DNA of 64,000 bases from positions 2,418,001-2,482,000 of the forward strand of contig JBLDXI010000004.1 of the NCBI GenBank assembly GCA_047495785.1, given 5' to 3'. This DNA is from Lepidodermella squamata. Taxonomy: Eukaryota > Animalia > Gastrotricha. Of this stretch, positions 60,301-64,000 are shown in pieces; position 1 is the first letter of the stretch; every line of letters begins with the position of its first letter. The position numbers were made by a program, and so were the translations under genes. The notes beneath the pieces are model-generated. The model saw only the letters and a program-made list of their open reading frames with translations, had not been told where the DNA came from and did no database searches.

Positions 60301-60750
60301 CTAAAACATTAGATTTTTTAGTTTGCTGTCGTTCAAAATGGACCCGTCATTAGTGAATTCGAGGAGAATTTCCAGCTTATTGCGTTTTTTCGCCAGCTCA
60401 GACAAGAAGTAAACTACGTAAAAGCCGCACGCCACACTTTTTGTGTGTTGAATTTCGTGAGTGGAATATAAAATGTCGCGATTACTTCGCCTGTCAATGA
60501 CTTCATTAGGGCAAATGAAACCAAAGCTGTCGAAATAAATTATTTCCCTATCAGTTACCTGCATTCCTACCCAGTGCGTTCCCCCTCCAAAATCATCTAA
60601 GTTGATTACATAGTATCCATTTTTCAAATGTATAGGCAAGAGATGTCTAGGGTAACATCCGTTGTACTTCTTCCCAACTCTCGAGTACATCATCCTGTCA
60701 ATTTCCGAATTCGAAAGTGGGAAGAAACGCCCTAGTTTTTTGACTCCCAT
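60301..60750 (-). CDS. Adenain-like capsid maturation cysteine protease
   Basis: VINLD…GTHWV (His), YFDSFG (Asp) and Q…SVACGFY (Gln, Cys). Confidence 0.85.
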   Translation of the reverse strand: MGVKKLGRFFPLSNSEIDRMMYSRVGKKYNGCYPRHLLPIHLKNGYYVINLDDFGGGTHWVGMQVTDREIIYFDSFGFICPNEVIDRRSNRDILYSTHEIQHTKSVACGFYVVYFLSELAKKRNKLEILLEFTNDGSILNDSKLKNLMF

Positions 60751-61361
60751 GGTAAATAAACCCCACTTCCCTGATTCGCTTTGAACAATGTGGGTAAAAA
60801 TGTCCCTAGAAGGCTAGCAACTAGTGGGACTACAAATGAGCCACCCTTTTGCTCAATATCGCGATCAATCGAAAGTTTACTGCCCAGTGGCAATAAATTC
60901 TTATTCTCTAACATATCGACCATTTTGACTAGTTCATTCAAATCCTCTTTTGGAACTGATAGTTGTACGGTGGTCTCGTTTACGCCCTTCCCCGCTAATT
61001 TGTTACCGATCGCGTTGGTTGCGCCATTTATCAGCCCTGATACAGCACTCAGGGCTAAAGGTGCAGCAATCGCTGCGGCTTTCGCAAGTATGGGCAGGAG
61101 GGGGAGTAGCCCGCCCGATTGATTTTTCTTCAGTTGTGATAGACTCAATTTTAATTGAACGCCGGTATCATTAGATTTGTGCTTCTCTATTTTGTTTATT
61201 TGAGTTCTAGTGAGCATCAACTTTCGTAAATTGTCCTTCTGACAAATGACCTGTTTACTAAATTTCAGTGTTATGGATTTGTTGTTCTTTACTGCGCTCT
61301 GGAGTTTCTCAAGCTGACCATCCGTCAGAGGCAACTCATATTCGAAATACTTATGGCTCAT
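60732..61361 (-). CDS. Putative virion core/membrane-lytic precursor protein
   Basis: 209 aa. Basic N-terminal half, then QSGG|LLPLLPIL, QKGG|SFVVPLVASLL and QGSG|VYLPW, which look like adenain-type cleavage sites followed by amphipathic peptides. Confidence 0.6.
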   Translation of the reverse strand: MSHKYFEYELPLTDGQLEKLQSAVKNNKSITLKFSKQVICQKDNLRKLMLTRTQINKIEKHKSNDTGVQLKLSLSQLKKNQSGGLLPLLPILAKAAAIAAPLALSAVSGLINGATNAIGNKLAGKGVNETTVQLSVPKEDLNELVKMVDMLENKNLLPLGSKLSIDRDIEQKGGSFVVPLVASLLGTFLPTLFKANQGSGVYLPWESKN

Positions 61362-61386
61362 TTACCGCTAGATTAGAAATTTTGCA

Positions 61387-62400
61387 TTAGACGCTGGTAA
61401 GACTAATGTCAACAGAGTCATGCTTGTAGTTGAAGCATATCTCTTTTTCCCTCTCAATGAACGAATAAATCACAAGAGGCTTATTCACCGCACCGACCGT
61501 CGCTTTGAATACTACAGATACAGTGTTGTCTGCTCGAGAATTGTAAATGGAAGTAGCATCCACGTCGTCCAAGCAAAAGCAAAGAATTCTGTACAAGTTG
61601 CAGAATTCCATGTACGAAATCTGACATCCCGTATTCAGACTTTCCCTATCGCTGATCTGATGCATATTCTGTTTTATGTAATTGTATAGCCGGTGAGCTT
61701 TCAGCTTAGCAAAGGATACATTGGATTCATTAAAGGCTTCTTTGTTATTAATCAAAAGGGAATAGGAAGTAATGTTCCACGTGTTATATATCTGCGTGAG
61801 TTTCTTCGGATATTCCTCGTCTGAGTAATCAGGGCAAAGAACAATATACACCCAATTTGGTTTCCTTATTTCAGTGCTGATTGTGTACTGAATATTCGTG
61901 GTATTTGCAGCAAACTGGCTGGACTGATACGGATCGATTGATATCCATTTATGAATTTTGGTGAATCCCTCGTTGAACTTTTTCATTATTGAAAGTTTCT
62001 GTTGGTTCATTAGTGTTACCTCCGGGATGTACATATTAGCTCGATTGAAATGATAGGTTAATCCTTCAGGTGTACCTGTATCAGCCGCGACAATCACATA
62101 AACCAAAGGCCGATTATAGTTAGGAGTGAGAATGATCCTAAATCGAGACTTCGTGAAAATTCCATGATACGAATTAAAGAAGGGCAAATCTTTCAGATAT
62201 AAAGTGACGGTGGCCTCAGTAGATTTAACATAGCTGCTTCGCGTTATCAAACCCTTGTTAGCTGCAGCTTTCGATGCATCGAAAGTGTCAGCCGACACAT
62301 CAGCAATTAGCGTTGTGCTTCCTAAAGCCAACGGACAGTAGTAGAGTACAATAGCCGGTCCTAGACCAAACCCAAGGAAAGTGAAATAATCAAAGAAATT
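61387..62400 (-). pseudogene. Major capsid protein (double jelly-roll type), 5'-truncated
   Basis: NKGLITR…LYLKDLPFFNSY…FRIILTPN, KPNWVYI and EFCNLYRILCF resemble Polinton/adintovirus MCP. The ORF upstream of about 62400 is low-complexity read-through, not capsid-like. Confidence 0.6.
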
Positions 62401-62419
62401 ATGATTTATAGGGCTATAT

Positions 62420-62940
62420 GGTGTGAGTGTATTTCCAAGGGGGGAGTATTGGGTTTTGAAAAAACTGGGGGTTATCGAAAAAGGGTGTATGGCTGTGAAT
62501 ATGATGTATTTACCGAGTGATTCGGCATACACCCTTTTTGAAAAATTGAGGGTGGGGCGGGGGAAATTGGCAATTAGGGGAAAAATAAATGGTGAATTTA
62601 TAAAAAGCGAAGAGATAATGAGGGTGCAAAGGAGAGAAAGGGAGTAAATAAATTTGGGGGAAAATTTGGGGAACAAATTGCTGGGGAAATTATTTCGAAA
62701 GGGAGCGTACAAGAGGTATAACAGAGGGTAGGGGGTAGGGGTAGGGGTAGGGAAAGGTGTATGGGTAAGGGTAAGGGTGAGAGGTGAGAGGTGGGCGAGG
62801 GCTGGTGAATTTGGGGGAAATTCTGAAAAACTCTGGGGAAACTGTGGGGAAATTGTGGAAAAATTCTGGGGAAAGTATTTTGATAAGGAGGGTACAAGAG
62901 GTATAACGGAGAGTGAGATACTGTAAGCTTGGTTCAACTA
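62420..62940 (+). repeat. Purine/G-rich low-complexity tract with G-quadruplex potential
   Basis: GGGTAGGGGGTAGGGGTAGGGGTAGGG at about 62726-62752, repeated GGGGAAA motifs, and a duplicated GTACAAGAGGTATAAC. Confidence 0.7.
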
Positions 62941-62946
62941 GGGAAT

Positions 62947-63330
62947 GGGGAATCTGGAACCTGGAATCTGGAATCTGGAACAATATATAAGTGGGGCCTA
63001 ATGCATAATCTGGCGAATTCCCGGGGTCCAGAATCTGGAATCTGGAATCCGGAACCTGGAATCTGGAACAATATATAAGTGGGGGCTATTGCATAATCTG
63101 ACAAATTCCCGGGGTCCAGAATCTGGAATCTGGAATCAGGAACCTGGAACCTGGAATCTGTAACCTGGAATCTGTAACCTGGAACCTGGAACCTGGAATC
63201 TGGAACAATATATAAGTGGGGGCTATTGCATAATCTGACAAATTCCCGGGGTCCAGAATCTGTAACCTGGAATCTGTAACCTGTAACCTGGAACCTGGAA
63301 CCTGGAACCTGGAGCCTGGAACCTGGAATA
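62947..63330. repeat. Compound tandem array: 7-mers (GGAATCT/GGAACCT/GTAACCT) interleaved with three roughly 58-bp cores
   Basis: Core GGAACAATATATAAGTGGGGGCTATTGCATAATCTGACAAATTCCCGGGGTCCAGAATCT at about 62977, 63066 and 63202. Confidence 0.85.
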
Positions 63331-63367
63331 TTTTCTTTATCAAATATATATCAAAAAATAATTTATA

Positions 63368-63763
63368 ATGGTAGTGCGAAATTTGCGTAGAGATTCAGAA
63401 TATCGTAGACGAGTTAGATCGGCAATCAAGGAATATGAGACAACGCGAAAGAGTGTTAAAGAAATAGTAGAGGAATTTGACATTTCATCAAGTAGTCTAT
63501 TTTACTATAGAAATAAATCGAAAGGGCAGGGCACCCAAATTGGGGGTTTTATTGCAAGTAGGGAACCTCGTGATAAGAGCGTAAAAGCACAAACTGGTCG
63601 ATCCACTGTAGTTCAGCAAAATGAACCAATAGTACTCATCCCTAGAGGAACGTATGACCGAGAGAAAAGGGTACGAAATGATAGAGCAGACGAATCATCG
63701 ATGAAATCTAACTCGAGTCTATATGATATCCACCATGGGTATTATGATAAAGATGATGAGTAG
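63368..63763 (+). CDS. Small helix-turn-helix protein, probably viral/mobile
   Basis: RVRSAIKEYETTRKSVKEIVEEFDISSSSLFYY fits an HTH pattern. Intronless, preceded by an AT-rich TATA-ATG. Confidence 0.55.
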   Translation: MVVRNLRRDSEYRRRVRSAIKEYETTRKSVKEIVEEFDISSSSLFYYRNKSKGQGTQIGGFIASREPRDKSVKAQTGRSTVVQQNEPIVLIPRGTYDREKRVRNDRADESSMKSNSSLYDIHHGYYDKDDE

Positions 63764-63828
63764 ACCAAACAGCGAGGGAGGGATAATCGAAAATAATTAA
63801 TTTCTTGGTACTATTAAATAGTATAAAA

Positions 63829-64000
63829 ATGCCGACCTGCATAACGTTAACTGAGTGTGATGACATTGTTATAGAAAAAAACGAAACCATTGACTTCTTA
63901 AAAGATAAGTGTAAGGAGTATAGAGAAGATTATAAGCTGCTTAAAAAGCAAGCTGAAGAGGCTATGAAAGCAAATCAATCTAACAACTTGAAAGAAATAC
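63829..64000 (+). CDS. Partial ORF running off the window end, unknown product
   Basis: MPTCITLTECDDIVIEKNETIDFLKDKCKEY… stays open to the edge and is preceded by TATAAAA. Confidence 0.4.
   Translation, partial: MPTCITLTECDDIVIEKNETIDFLKDKCKEYREDYKLLKKQAEEAMKANQSNNLKEI

Larger units (their letters stand above)
58312..62400 (-). mobile_element. Endogenous Polinton/Maverick-adintovirus-like virion gene module
   Basis: Seven intronless, co-oriented, abutting or overlapping ORFs, including an adenain-type protease and a capsid-like protein. AT-richer than host exons. Confidence 0.8.

Noticed and set aside
61359-61364. Poxvirus-like late promoter TAAATG at the core-protein start
   Set aside because: Occurs at only one of the viral ORF starts, which is compatible with chance in AT-rich DNA.
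62400-62937. First roughly 175 aa of the 516-aa ORF and overlapping Pro/Phe-rich ORFs
   Set aside because: Low-complexity read-through of the pyrimidine-rich strand with no ATG start.
62947-63330. CRISPR-like array
   Set aside because: The spacers are themselves 7-mer repeats rather than unique sequences, the context is eukaryotic, and no cas genes are present.

Overview
Eukaryotic (invertebrate animal-like) genomic DNA with compact GT-AG introns, mostly 50-100 nt. It is an accessory, gene-family- and transposon-rich region. (1) 1-12.3 kb: two tandem copies of a tightly linked gene pair on the minus strand. Gene A is signal peptide + active trypsin-type protease + sushi/CCP + Thr-rich linker + ankyrin repeats. 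Gene B is signal peptide + catalytically dead protease homologue + Thr-rich linker + ankyrin repeats. (2) 12.8-35.4 kb: four paralogous ankyrin-array genes with an N-terminal NEK-like kinase in different states (DFG-mutated, absent, intact, decayed). One is broken by a hAT element that itself contains a MITE and a full-length Jockey/I-like LINE. (3) 32-51 kb: a tiny secreted-peptide gene, three orphan genes that share motifs, a frameshifted C-type lectin, and a triplicated rhodopsin-like GPCR with an invariant 28-bp upstream motif. (4) 52-55.7 kb: an intact single-ORF L2/CR1-group LINE whose first 28 nt are identical to the 5' end of the unrelated LINE at 23.5 kb. (5) 57.4-58 kb: a Ly6/three-finger-like gene. 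(6) 58.3-64 kb: an endogenous Polinton/adintovirus-like virion module (truncated capsid, core protein, adenain protease, Zn-ribbon proteins, fibre-like protein, membrane protein), followed by G-rich and tandem-repeat DNA. All exon boundaries were inferred by eye and no database searches were run.
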